From contig JAFGGO010000158.1 of the NCBI GenBank assembly GCA_016930515.1, positions 59,632 through 123,631 on the forward strand: a stretch of 64,000 bases of DNA, read 5' to 3'. Below are positions 17,896 to 27,219 of this stretch, one piece after another (the stretch's first letter is position 1; each line of letters starts with the position of its first letter). The notes under the pieces are model-generated. The model did no database searches. It was not told the origin of the DNA and saw nothing but the letters and a program-made list of their open reading frames with translations. This DNA comes from Promethearchaeota archaeon (GTDB lineage: Archaea > Asgardarchaeota > Lokiarchaeia > Sigyniarchaeales > SOKP01). The translations under genes and the position numbers were made by a program.

Positions 17896-19284
17896 ATGAT
17901 ACCTTTAACCAATCTATCGTGGGGATTTTTCGAAATTTTATCTTTGCTAATTGTTTTTGCCGTTGGGTTCGTTGTAACGGCTTTAATCCTTCCACATCTC
18001 ATAAAGTTTATGAAAAGAAAAGGTTTCGTTGGTCATGACATCCATAAGAATTCAAGACCTGCCGTTGCTGAATCGGGTGGTTTTAGCATGGTTTTTGGCA
18101 TCATTATTGCCCTGATTGTACTATTTGCTTTTTTTCCGGTGTTAACAAACGAGATTGTCGTGTTTATATTCACGGTAATTTCTGCTGGTATAATTGGATT
18201 TATTGACGATCGCTTGAGACTTCGTTCTCGAACAAAGATACTCCTTACAATTTTTTCTGGTGGCATCATATTTCTCGCCAATTTCTTTGGTTTCATTACA
18301 ATTAATTCTCCTACCATACCGTTTCTAGGTAGGCTAAGAATCTCTATTATATATCCTTTTGTTGTTCCAATTATCGTGGCTATTTTCGCTAATACTGTTA
18401 ATATGTTGGAGGGATATAACGGAGAGGGTTCGGGAACGTGCCTTATTGCCATGAGTTTCCTGTTTGTTTGTGGTTTTATCTTTAATTCGGCTCAGGGCGT
18501 TATTTTTTCCGTGCCGGTGATCGCCGTGTTAATTCCATTTTTCATTTATAACAAATTCCCAGCAAAAGTCTTTCCAGGAGATGTGGGTACTCTAAGTATG
18601 GGCGCAATGATTTCATGTGTTATGCTTTTCGGTTCTTTAGAGGTTGCCGCTCTTTCAGCTCTCTTAATACACATTTTTAATAGTTTTTATGTGATACGCT
18701 CGATGAAAGGATTTCTTGAAAGCGAAGATATTCACGGTTCAAGAAGCGATATCGTTTTACTTGAGGACGATAGGATCAAGGCTTCAGAAAAGAAAGACGC
18801 TGCCTTAACGCTTCCTCGCCTCATTCTCGCAAGAGGGCCGTTAACGGAACCACAATTGACTAAGAATTTTTACGCTATTACCTTTTTTTGTGGTTTTTTC
18901 TCTATTTTTATGACTTTATTGATGCTATTCACAAAAGGAGCATTATCTTTCGAGGAGATAATCGTTGCAGAACTGATCTTTTTCGTAATTATTAGCATGC
19001 CTTCTGCTGTCCTACTTTATTTTTTCCCGCGTATAAGGGGAATTATTGCTATAATGATTATTTTACTCCTCTTTGTATGTATCTTTTTGATTTTCATAGA
19101 TCATCTCATTTTACCTCTTCAAATACCTGATATTGATTTAGGATTTGTGCAAATTCCTGTAAATGTTTTGATCTCGCTTTTACTTACTATCCCTGGTATT
19201 GCTGCCTGGTATTATGTTTCAATCAAATACTTCTGGTATGAAATTAATAAAATGAAGCGCAATATAAAATCAACTAATAAATAA
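17896..19284 (+). CDS. aglH: UDP-GlcNAc:dolichyl-phosphate GlcNAc-1-P transferase (AglH/ALG7, MraY family)
   Basis: GHDIHK..P.VAESGG, GFIDD, ANTVNMLEGYNG, YNKFPAKVFPGDVG; multi-TM. Confidence 0.9.
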   Translation: MIPLTNLSWGFFEILSLLIVFAVGFVVTALILPHLIKFMKRKGFVGHDIHKNSRPAVAESGGFSMVFGIIIALIVLFAFFPVLTNEIVVFIFTVISAGIIGFIDDRLRLRSRTKILLTIFSGGIIFLANFFGFITINSPTIPFLGRLRISIIYPFVVPIIVAIFANTVNMLEGYNGEGSGTCLIAMSFLFVCGFIFNSAQGVIFSVPVIAVLIPFFIYNKFPAKVFPGDVGTLSMGAMISCVMLFGSLEVAALSALLIHIFNSFYVIRSMKGFLESEDIHGSRSDIVLLEDDRIKASEKKDAALTLPRLILARGPLTEPQLTKNFYAITFFCGFFSIFMTLLMLFTKGALSFEEIIVAELIFFVIISMPSAVLLYFFPRIRGIIAIMIILLLFVCIFLIFIDHLILPLQIPDIDLGFVQIPVNVLISLLLTIPGIAAWYYVSIKYFWYEINKMKRNIKSTNK

Positions 19285-19296
19285 GAATGAAGTTAC

Positions 19297-21828
19297 ATGA
19301 AATCTCATAATAGAAATTTTATTTTTTTTGGTTACTTGTTTATATCCTTTGTTTTTATCTACCTTTTCGGTTTCGTCATCCTTAGCCCTGATTGGATGTC
19401 TTTAATCATTGATTGGAGCTTTTGGTTAACTCTTGTCATGTTCGTGCTATCGATAGAAGAAACATATCATTGGACAAGGAATGGGAGGAGAAGCGAGATG
19501 AGCGATATAATAGCTATCATTTTCTTCTTTTCGCTAATCTTTTTCTTCACAAAGGACTTGCTAACAGCAATTATGGGTGCTTTCTCAATCTATCTATTAG
19601 TGGGTGTTTTTGAGCTTAAAGAATATCCAATACTCAACAAGATATTAATCATATCCTTGGTTACTTATAATGCCATATTTATTGCTGGAATTCTATCGTT
19701 TTATTTTGGAAATCCAATTTTTATTAATACGACTTTTTCCTTCAGCATATGGATCATATTGGGATTGGGACTGCTTTTATTTGGAAGGAAATATATTATC
19801 GTTTGGAGGTTTATGAGTCCTCAATATTTAATGCTATTTCTCTACATCATTGCTTGGTTAGCTATATCCCTTGTTGAACAATATAGTCCCATTGATTTTG
19901 TGTACGGTTCACCCATTAAATTCCCGTTAAACTTATTAGACTTCTTTCTAAATGTTTATTTTGTTTTGATGATCGTGAATTGGGTTGTATATTTCGTATC
20001 TGGTCCAATTTTGGACAAATTTCTCGGCATTAAGAAAGTAAAAAGCGAAGATTTGCTAGATTTAGTTGAAGAGGTTAAAATAAAACTTGGGATTAAAGGA
20101 AAGATCAAGATTGGTTTCGGAAAATATCCTATTCTGAATGCTATGGCATATGGTTCTGTGTTTGATAAAAGGATAGCTATTATTGCAGAAGATTTGGAAC
20201 AAATCCCTCAAGATGAACTAAAAGGCATAGTCGCTCACGAGCTAGGACATACCAAGGGTAAACATACTTTAATTTTAACGCTAATTACATGTGGGGATTT
20301 AGTTTTTCGAATGATATTAGGAATTCCCGCAACTTATTACGATTACACATTTGGAAATCCTGTAATGCCGATGATCGTTTTTATAATGTTAAATGTGCTT
20401 ATTTACGCCATAATTTATATTTTTGTTCGAATTCTCGAAGGAAAGGCAGATTTGAAGACAAAACAGGCGGGATACGCCACGCATCTTGTTAAAGCCCTTT
20501 ATAATTTAGAAAGCTTTTACGCCAGCGGTCGCGAGATAGGACTTAATACAATGCTTTTATGCGAAGAAAAAATAACACGAGACAATAAAATGTTAGATTA
20601 CATGGAAACCGCAGAATACTTAAATCGTTCGCTGGTGAAACCCTCGAGAACTTCTTTAATTGCAAATGTATTGAATTCTCATCCTCCCACTTATTTTCGC
20701 ATTGCGGCTGTTTTAGGCGAGAATCTCAAACCCGCAAAGGAAGCTTTCCTACCTTTTATTTGCTTAAAAAGATCTAAGCAAAAGAAATACGCACAATTAT
20801 TTGAATCTGCTCGGGAAGATTTCAAGGGTATTACCAACCAAAAATTCAAAGACTTGTTTGGTGTCGATAGCTTTTCCCACTTTTCTGAAAATCTTGATAG
20901 AAAAGAGGCTTATAAATTACAACTTAAAAAAGATTATCTATTTAAAAATATCGTTACTGGAGAAATTATTCTTGGAAGGTTAGAAGACGTTAAATTTGAA
21001 GACGATGTCAACGAATCTCTATCATATATCGTCCTTGATCTTAAAAATAAGGAAAAAATACTCTTAAATTCCGTGCTTTACAAAAAAAATCTTGTAGAAC
21101 CAGATGAGACCTATTTCTTTGAGAATAACGAATCGCTTGTTTTAAAAGAAATAAAAATTGATGAAAATAAAATGTCAGGAAATTATGTCTTTATAAGAGA
21201 TGATAGTGAAGTCGTTTTAAAGCCGATTCTGAAGACAAAACTCCCGTGGCCAGATTCCTTGGTAAAACAACTTAAAGGGAAGAATGTTTTCTTAAGATTA
21301 AAAGAAAGGATTAAAATATTCACGGTTATTAATGTCATCCCGGGATCCACTTTAGATGATTACAAGTTAGTTCTAAATGCATCTGAAATTCAAGAAAACC
21401 ACCAAATAGAATTAAAATTAAGCGATCTTATAATCGTACCACATAAAATAAGTATCACTATTAGAAAAAGTGAAACAAATCGAAAATCAGAAATTGAAGT
21501 AATAAATTGGTTAATTGATAATAATAGGAGATGCACGGTCTGGTTAAAAAAGCCCGTAAATAATTTTGAAATTGGTCATATTAATAAAGTCCTCAATGCA
21601 AGCTTGGAAAAAGATAATTTTGGAAAAAAAGAATTAAATAAGCAAAAAATCATACAGATGACAAATATCTTTAAAAAAAAGATAGAAATCCCATATAGTA
21701 AAATCGAACAAATATCGTTCGAAAGCGATTCGGTCTTGATTCAAAAAAAAAATGAGACTTCTTTCCTGAGCAAGTTTGGCTATAAGCTTTTAAAGAAGTT
21801 CAGGCCGAGAAATGTGCTAATTCCTTGA
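19297..21828 (+). CDS. M48 (HtpX/Ste24-like) membrane zinc metalloprotease with extra N-terminal TMs and a long soluble C-terminal region
   Basis: NAMAYG, ELKGIVAHELGH, EGKAD, SHPPTYFRI. Confidence 0.88.
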   Translation: MKSHNRNFIFFGYLFISFVFIYLFGFVILSPDWMSLIIDWSFWLTLVMFVLSIEETYHWTRNGRRSEMSDIIAIIFFFSLIFFFTKDLLTAIMGAFSIYLLVGVFELKEYPILNKILIISLVTYNAIFIAGILSFYFGNPIFINTTFSFSIWIILGLGLLLFGRKYIIVWRFMSPQYLMLFLYIIAWLAISLVEQYSPIDFVYGSPIKFPLNLLDFFLNVYFVLMIVNWVVYFVSGPILDKFLGIKKVKSEDLLDLVEEVKIKLGIKGKIKIGFGKYPILNAMAYGSVFDKRIAIIAEDLEQIPQDELKGIVAHELGHTKGKHTLILTLITCGDLVFRMILGIPATYYDYTFGNPVMPMIVFIMLNVLIYAIIYIFVRILEGKADLKTKQAGYATHLVKALYNLESFYASGREIGLNTMLLCEEKITRDNKMLDYMETAEYLNRSLVKPSRTSLIANVLNSHPPTYFRIAAVLGENLKPAKEAFLPFICLKRSKQKKYAQLFESAREDFKGITNQKFKDLFGVDSFSHFSENLDRKEAYKLQLKKDYLFKNIVTGEIILGRLEDVKFEDDVNESLSYIVLDLKNKEKILLNSVLYKKNLVEPDETYFFENNESLVLKEIKIDENKMSGNYVFIRDDSEVVLKPILKTKLPWPDSLVKQLKGKNVFLRLKERIKIFTVINVIPGSTLDDYKLVLNASEIQENHQIELKLSDLIIVPHKISITIRKSETNRKSEIEVINWLIDNNRRCTVWLKKPVNNFEIGHINKVLNASLEKDNFGKKELNKQKIIQMTNIFKKKIEIPYSKIEQISFESDSVLIQKKNETSFLSKFGYKLLKKFRPRNVLIP

Positions 21829-21862
21829 TAAACCTTAATTTACATGAGAAGTTAAAACCATT

Positions 21863-22804
21863 ATGACGAATAAAATTAAAAATATTTTCACTCTTTTACG
21901 AGTTCGACAATACTATAAAAATTTGTTAGTGTTTGTTGGGGCTTTTTTTAGCGTTAATATGCTTGATTTTTCCATTTATCCCTCTCTATTGGCAGGTTTG
22001 GTTGTTTTATGTTGCGTATCTTCAATTAATTACATAATCAACGATTTAAAAGATATTGAAGACGATAAGAAGCACCCCGAGAAGGTGAAAAAAAAGCCTC
22101 TAGCTTCTGGCGAAATTTCAAAATTCCTAGCTATATTGATCTTATGTTTACTTGTGTTAATAGCACTCTTTTTAATAATATTTTTTACCTTGAATATTGG
22201 ATATATAATAACCGTTGTACTTCTCTTGTTGACGGGACAATTATATAACCATTTACTGAAAAACTATGCTTTCGTGGATGTTTTGACCCTTTCCACGGGA
22301 TACTTGTGGAGGGCTCTCGCGGGAACTTTTTTGATAGAAGTGATCATATCGCCTTGGTTATTCTTGGCGATTTTTGAAATTGCTATGTTTTTAAGTCTCG
22401 CCAAACGAAAGGGAGATTTAATGATTTTAGGAGATAAAGAAAACGCAATTGGACACAAGAAAGTATACGAGATTTATTCTCAAAAAATACTCGACCAATC
22501 TTATATTATGATGGCTTCGTCTTTATTTCTTACATACGCCCTTTATCTCATATTTCATTTTAATTTAAACGAAATGAGTGAATTGTATAACATTAATGAA
22601 TATTTAGTTATTATATCAATCCCTGTTTTTCTCTATATCATAATGAAATACATGTATCTCACTTCCTCGAAGCCTGAGATCGCAAGAAATCCCGAAAAGG
22701 CTTTTTTTAACAAGGGGATGCTAATTGCAATGATTATACTCGGCGGAATTCTTACTTATGCTTATTATTTTGACGAGTTCCTTCTATTTATATCTAGTTT
22801 TTAG
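21863..22804 (+). CDS. UbiA-family prenyltransferase, decaprenyl-phosphate phosphoribosyltransferase-like
   Basis: LRVRQYYKNLLVF, YIINDLKDIEDDKKHPEKVKKKPLASG, LK..AFVDV, LRA-like WRALAG, SPWL, LAKRKGD. Confidence 0.88.
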   Translation: MTNKIKNIFTLLRVRQYYKNLLVFVGAFFSVNMLDFSIYPSLLAGLVVLCCVSSINYIINDLKDIEDDKKHPEKVKKKPLASGEISKFLAILILCLLVLIALFLIIFFTLNIGYIITVVLLLLTGQLYNHLLKNYAFVDVLTLSTGYLWRALAGTFLIEVIISPWLFLAIFEIAMFLSLAKRKGDLMILGDKENAIGHKKVYEIYSQKILDQSYIMMASSLFLTYALYLIFHFNLNEMSELYNINEYLVIISIPVFLYIIMKYMYLTSSKPEIARNPEKAFFNKGMLIAMIILGGILTYAYYFDEFLLFISSF

Positions 22805-22827
22805 TTATAATACTTAATGGTGGCGCC

Positions 22828-23517
22828 ATGAGTTCAGTAAGATTAGACTTGCACCTTCACACGTGGTATTCAGGAGATTCTTTAATAGCACCAGAGGCAC
22901 TTTTATCTCAAGCTAGAAAGGAAGGATTAAACGGGTTTGCGATCACGGATCACGGCTCGTTAAAGGCTTATAGGATGTTAAAACAAAAAGCTCGCTCAAA
23001 AAATATAATTTTAATTCCTGGGATGGAAATAGAGACGCATATAGGAGAAATTATAGCCCTTTTCGTTGATGATGATTTTGCAATATCTGATAATCGCTTT
23101 TTAGTTGTTTGTGATCACATAAAGGATGAGAATGGTTTGATTATTATACCCCATCCATTTGATTTTTTAAGGACTAATCATCTAAAAACGAAATTATTGA
23201 CAAATAATATCGTTAAGAAATACATCGATGGAATCGAAATAATTAATTCAAGAATAATTTTTAAAAATTGTGTGAAAAAAGCAAAAAAGTTCAATCAAAA
23301 ATATTGCTTATTCGAAACGGGAGGTTCAGATGCTCATACTTTAAAGGAAATTGGTGCTGGATATACAATTGTGAATGATATATCGAGTACTTCTCTTGAT
23401 GATCTTTACGAATCGATGGATTATAATAACACGATTAGTTGTGGGAAGCTTTCCTCTCCGTTAGTACACATAAAAACGATAATTAACAAGCTTCAAAAAG
23501 GATTGTATTTTAGGTAG
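22828..23517 (+). CDS. PHP-domain metal-dependent phosphoesterase
   Basis: DLHLHTWYSGDS, AITDH, GMEI, PHPF, GGSDAH. Confidence 0.92.
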   Translation: MSSVRLDLHLHTWYSGDSLIAPEALLSQARKEGLNGFAITDHGSLKAYRMLKQKARSKNIILIPGMEIETHIGEIIALFVDDDFAISDNRFLVVCDHIKDENGLIIIPHPFDFLRTNHLKTKLLTNNIVKKYIDGIEIINSRIIFKNCVKKAKKFNQKYCLFETGGSDAHTLKEIGAGYTIVNDISSTSLDDLYESMDYNNTISCGKLSSPLVHIKTIINKLQKGLYFR

Positions 23518-23522
23518 ATATA

Positions 23523-24722
23523 ATGAAAACAACAAGACCTCAAATATTCGTGCAAAAAACGTCGCCTGAGACAGTTATAGACGATTACGCAAACTTGATG
23601 CACTCTGCGAAATATCAAAATCGATTTCATAAAGATCAAAAAACGGTTGTTAAATTAAACTTGAGCTGGTCAAAATTTTTTCCAGCTTGTTCGAGTCCTC
23701 CTTGGCAGGTTGATGGAGTGCTAAAAACCATGATCAACGACGGCTACGACCCTAAAAAGATCTTCGCAGCTGAAAATAGGACAGTCGTCACGAATTTGTC
23801 TAAAGGAATTGAACAAAATCGGTGGTCGGGAATCATTAAAGATTACGGTGTTTGGTTTATTCCTTTAACTCGCGTGAAATTCGTTCCCTATGACTCCCTT
23901 CGACAAAAATTTGTAGATTTGAAAAACAAACCCCTTCATGTCTTGGATTCAAAGATTTTTCCAAAAGGATTTAATATTCCCCTCGCTTATCTTCATAAAA
24001 ATATGATTCACACGCCTACAATGAAAACTCATGGTCATACAGGAGCGGTGGGAGGAAAACTTAAAGATACTGATAATGAAATGAAAAACGGTGGCATAAC
24101 CGCTAGTATGAAAAATGCTTTTGGAGGATTATTAACGAAACGTCGTCACTTCAGTCACCAATTCATGTCGGAGGTGTTGGTCGACTTGCTAATCGTTCAA
24201 AAACAGATTCATCCCAACGTAATGGCAGTAGTAGATGGTACCGTGTGTGGAGATGGTGCCGGCCCGCGCACAATGATTCCAAGAATTAAAAACCATATAC
24301 TAGCGGGATACGATCAAGTTGCCGTGGACGCCGTGATCGCAAAAATGTTAGGTTTTGAGCCTTTAAAACTTCCCGCCATAAGAATGGCTCACGATGAAGG
24401 TCTAGGATGTGGTGATTTTGACCAAATCGAAATAATTGGGGAAGATGTTTCTAAAACAAATTGGAATTTCAAGGTCAAAAGAAGCGTGGTCATTTGGGGA
24501 GATCAAATGGTTCGAAAAGGATTCCTGTCTTTTTTACATCCCCTGTTTCACAATAGACTTTTTATGGTCTTGCCTATATTGGGTTCTTTAGTGTATCATG
24601 ATATGTTTTGGTATCCATTTATAGGAAAAAAGCGCGTGAAAACATTTATGGAATCCAAATGGGGAAATGTATTTAAAAAATATCCCCTCACAAAATCAAC
24701 TGCTTTAAATAAATTTAACTAA
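23523..24722 (+). CDS. DUF362 family (putative Fe-S) protein
   Basis: KLNLSW, PTMKTHGH, SMKNAFG, VVDGTVCGDGAGP, DQVAVDA. Confidence 0.85.
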   Translation: MKTTRPQIFVQKTSPETVIDDYANLMHSAKYQNRFHKDQKTVVKLNLSWSKFFPACSSPPWQVDGVLKTMINDGYDPKKIFAAENRTVVTNLSKGIEQNRWSGIIKDYGVWFIPLTRVKFVPYDSLRQKFVDLKNKPLHVLDSKIFPKGFNIPLAYLHKNMIHTPTMKTHGHTGAVGGKLKDTDNEMKNGGITASMKNAFGGLLTKRRHFSHQFMSEVLVDLLIVQKQIHPNVMAVVDGTVCGDGAGPRTMIPRIKNHILAGYDQVAVDAVIAKMLGFEPLKLPAIRMAHDEGLGCGDFDQIEIIGEDVSKTNWNFKVKRSVVIWGDQMVRKGFLSFLHPLFHNRLFMVLPILGSLVYHDMFWYPFIGKKRVKTFMESKWGNVFKKYPLTKSTALNKFN

Positions 24723-25498
24723 TCTAAGGTTTTTTTAACACTATTTATGAAGTTAATTGGCTGATTATCATTTTTTTTAAAAAATATAAAGAACTCAACA
24801 GCCCCTCCTGATCCTAGTATTGGAGATTTCATTAAATTTTGTGGATAAATATCATATTTCACACACCACTCCATTGTTTCTAAAAGAATGTTTTTTAACT
24901 GTTCTTTGTCTGATATAATATCAAATTTTGACTTTTCGTAGAAATTCGTTTCAAAAATTGGTTTTATTAAACTAATAATAATCCCCTCTTGCTTGAGAAA
25001 TGAAAACGCTTTTGGAAGAATTTCTTTTATCGAGGTGAAAGTAACATCAATTACGACAAGATCCATTAATTCATCTAAGCTGTTCATATTACGCATATCT
25101 ACACCTAAAATCGGTATTACCTTGTCACGCATTTTCTCACAACGCAAGGAAGGGTGGAGGAAATCCTTGGCAATATCGATGGCATACACCTTCTGAGCAC
25201 CACTTTTGATCAAACAATCAGTAAAACCTCCAATAGATGCCCCAATATCTGCGCAAACCAGTTTATGAACATTGATTGAAAAATATTTTAATGCGGCTTC
25301 TAACTTGAGCCCCCCTCTTCCAACATATGGATATTCCTTAATTAAACGGAGCGTGCTTGAATTATCGATTAACTTACCCGGTTTTATGATTTTTTTATCA
25401 TCTACTAACACGAGACCGTTCTTTATCAACCATTGAGCTTTTGTTCGACTTTCAACTAATCTTCGCTCTACAAGCACGATATCCAAGCGCTCTTTCAT
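24719..25498 (-). CDS. tlyA: TlyA-family rRNA (cytidine-2'-O)-methyltransferase
   Basis: S4 domain (ERLDIVLVERRLVESRTKAQ), YVGRGGLKL, DIGASIGGFTDCL, DVTFTS, LIKPIFE, SPILG..G.VEF. Confidence 0.92.
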   Translation of the reverse strand: MKERLDIVLVERRLVESRTKAQWLIKNGLVLVDDKKIIKPGKLIDNSSTLRLIKEYPYVGRGGLKLEAALKYFSINVHKLVCADIGASIGGFTDCLIKSGAQKVYAIDIAKDFLHPSLRCEKMRDKVIPILGVDMRNMNSLDELMDLVVIDVTFTSIKEILPKAFSFLKQEGIIISLIKPIFETNFYEKSKFDIISDKEQLKNILLETMEWCVKYDIYPQNLMKSPILGSGGAVEFFIFFKKNDNQPINFINSVKKTLD

Positions 25499-25523
25499 GA
25501 AATCGTCTAAATAATGTAATTAA

Positions 25524-26387
25524 TTATAATAAATTTGTTATTTTCCAATTATGAATTTTTTCTAATGAACTAGTAAGAGAAAGTTCCCCCTTTATTATTT
25601 TTAAAATTAAATCTTTTAAAAAAGATGTATATCCATTATTTTCTTTCTGAAAATTAGCAGAATATGAGATTAATTTTATTTTTTTTTTTTTAATGTTCGT
25701 GAAGATATTGATATAATTTTTTTTACTGATTTCAATTCCGTCTCTTAAAGCTAATATTAAGGCTGATACTTCGTGCTTGGGCATTCTCCTACCGTCAATA
25801 ACAACGCTTATTTTTGATGACTTAGATTCGTCAATGAGATAAAATCTCACGAGATCGTCGTTTTCAAAGAGACTATATAAATTACTAACGAGTTCTAATG
25901 TTAAAGATAAAATTCCCATGCCAAATTTGAATTCTAAATATAAATTTGATTGATTTTCTTCTAAAAATTCGATATAAGACTTAATCTTTTCAATGAGCGA
26001 ATCTAAGTTGTAGAAAGTATGAGAATTTAAGTAAAAATCCTCCAAAAAAACGACAAAACCGATATGTTTTACACCTGGATCGATCGCAAATTCCATTTTT
26101 GAATAGTTTTCCATGCATCCTATTCGATATGCGGCCAATACCTTCAGTAAATATTTTTCTAGGGGTTCTTCTGGATTTTTAGCTAAAATTTTTACAAGAT
26201 CTGGGTTAGGATTTGTAATTTGATCCAAATCATTAGAAGTTGTTAGAATTATGCAAGGCAAATTTGGTATCTTGTTATTAAAGTTAAGGATTTTAAATTT
26301 TATGCCATATTGCGCTAGTTCTTTATTTATTCTAAAAAAGAACTTAGAATTATCGCTTAGTAAAAAGATTTTTAACTTGTTCTGCAA
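25524..26387 (-). CDS. Hypothetical protein with an RNase H-fold (YqgF/RuvC-like) domain
   Basis: FAIDPGVKHIGFVVF, LIDESKSS, HEVSALILALR. Confidence 0.6.
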   Translation of the reverse strand: MQNKLKIFLLSDNSKFFFRINKELAQYGIKFKILNFNNKIPNLPCIILTTSNDLDQITNPNPDLVKILAKNPEEPLEKYLLKVLAAYRIGCMENYSKMEFAIDPGVKHIGFVVFLEDFYLNSHTFYNLDSLIEKIKSYIEFLEENQSNLYLEFKFGMGILSLTLELVSNLYSLFENDDLVRFYLIDESKSSKISVVIDGRRMPKHEVSALILALRDGIEISKKNYINIFTNIKKKKIKLISYSANFQKENNGYTSFLKDLILKIIKGELSLTSSLEKIHNWKITNLL

Positions 26388-26427
26388 ATTAAATCTAATA
26401 ATTAACTATAAATTATAAAATTTAATT

Positions 26428-27132
26428 TTGATATTCCCAACTAAACACCTTAATAAATTGCTTAATACATCTCGTTTCTCTCAAGTAAGAATGATTTCCG
26501 TCTATGGAGATACTGGAGTTGGGAAAACGACTTTCGCCCTCCAAACTGCAAGCAAGATGGTGGCATTAGGGAAAAAAAATTTGATAATTTATACGAAAAA
26601 CGAATTTCCGATCGAGCGACTTTTCGCCATTGAAAACAACGATAAGAATAGATTGGAAACTTTTCTCAATAATTCATTGATTCTGAAGCCTTTAAATTTT
26701 AAGGAATTAAGAACAATTTCCTTTTATCTAGAGCCTCTATTTGCGTATTTAATTCAAGAAGAAAATTTTTTACCAAATCTTATTATCTTGGATTCAATTA
26801 CCGACTTGTATAAATTAGAACTAAATACAGAAAAAAAAGAAAAAAATATCGAATTAAACTACGAACTTAATCAAGTCTTGGCAAATCTCCTAAAATTAAG
26901 TGAAAATCATGATCTTGAGATTCTTTTAGTAAACGACTCGAGTCGAAAAACGGTTGACGATCAAATTACGGAAGTTCAAGGCGGAGGTCAAGTAATGGAT
27001 TATTGGGTTTCAGTTTCGATAAAAATTGCTCGTACTATGAATTTAAACGAGAGATCGTTTGAACTGATAAAGTCGCCTGAAAAAATAAAAAAAAAGTTTG
27101 TTTCAAGGCTTACAGGGAATGGATTTCAATAA
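26428..27132 (+). CDS. RecA/Rad51-family paralog (RadB-like)
   Basis: Walker A GDTGVGKTT, Walker B LIILDS, LLVN, GGQVMDYW, C-terminal LTGNGF; lacks the N-terminal HhH domain. Confidence 0.8.
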   Translation: MIFPTKHLNKLLNTSRFSQVRMISVYGDTGVGKTTFALQTASKMVALGKKNLIIYTKNEFPIERLFAIENNDKNRLETFLNNSLILKPLNFKELRTISFYLEPLFAYLIQEENFLPNLIILDSITDLYKLELNTEKKEKNIELNYELNQVLANLLKLSENHDLEILLVNDSSRKTVDDQITEVQGGGQVMDYWVSVSIKIARTMNLNERSFELIKSPEKIKKKFVSRLTGNGFQ

Positions 27133-27219
27133 GTTAAAATTAAGCTTTTTTGAGGAAGATCTGAACCAAACGACAAAATAATTATCAATAAGGTTTCATT
27201 AAATTATGTTAGTGTTATT

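Noticed and set aside
17709-18002. 97-aa minus-strand ORF next to the tRNA
   Set aside because: Overlaps aglH antisense and AT-rich promoter DNA; shadow ORF
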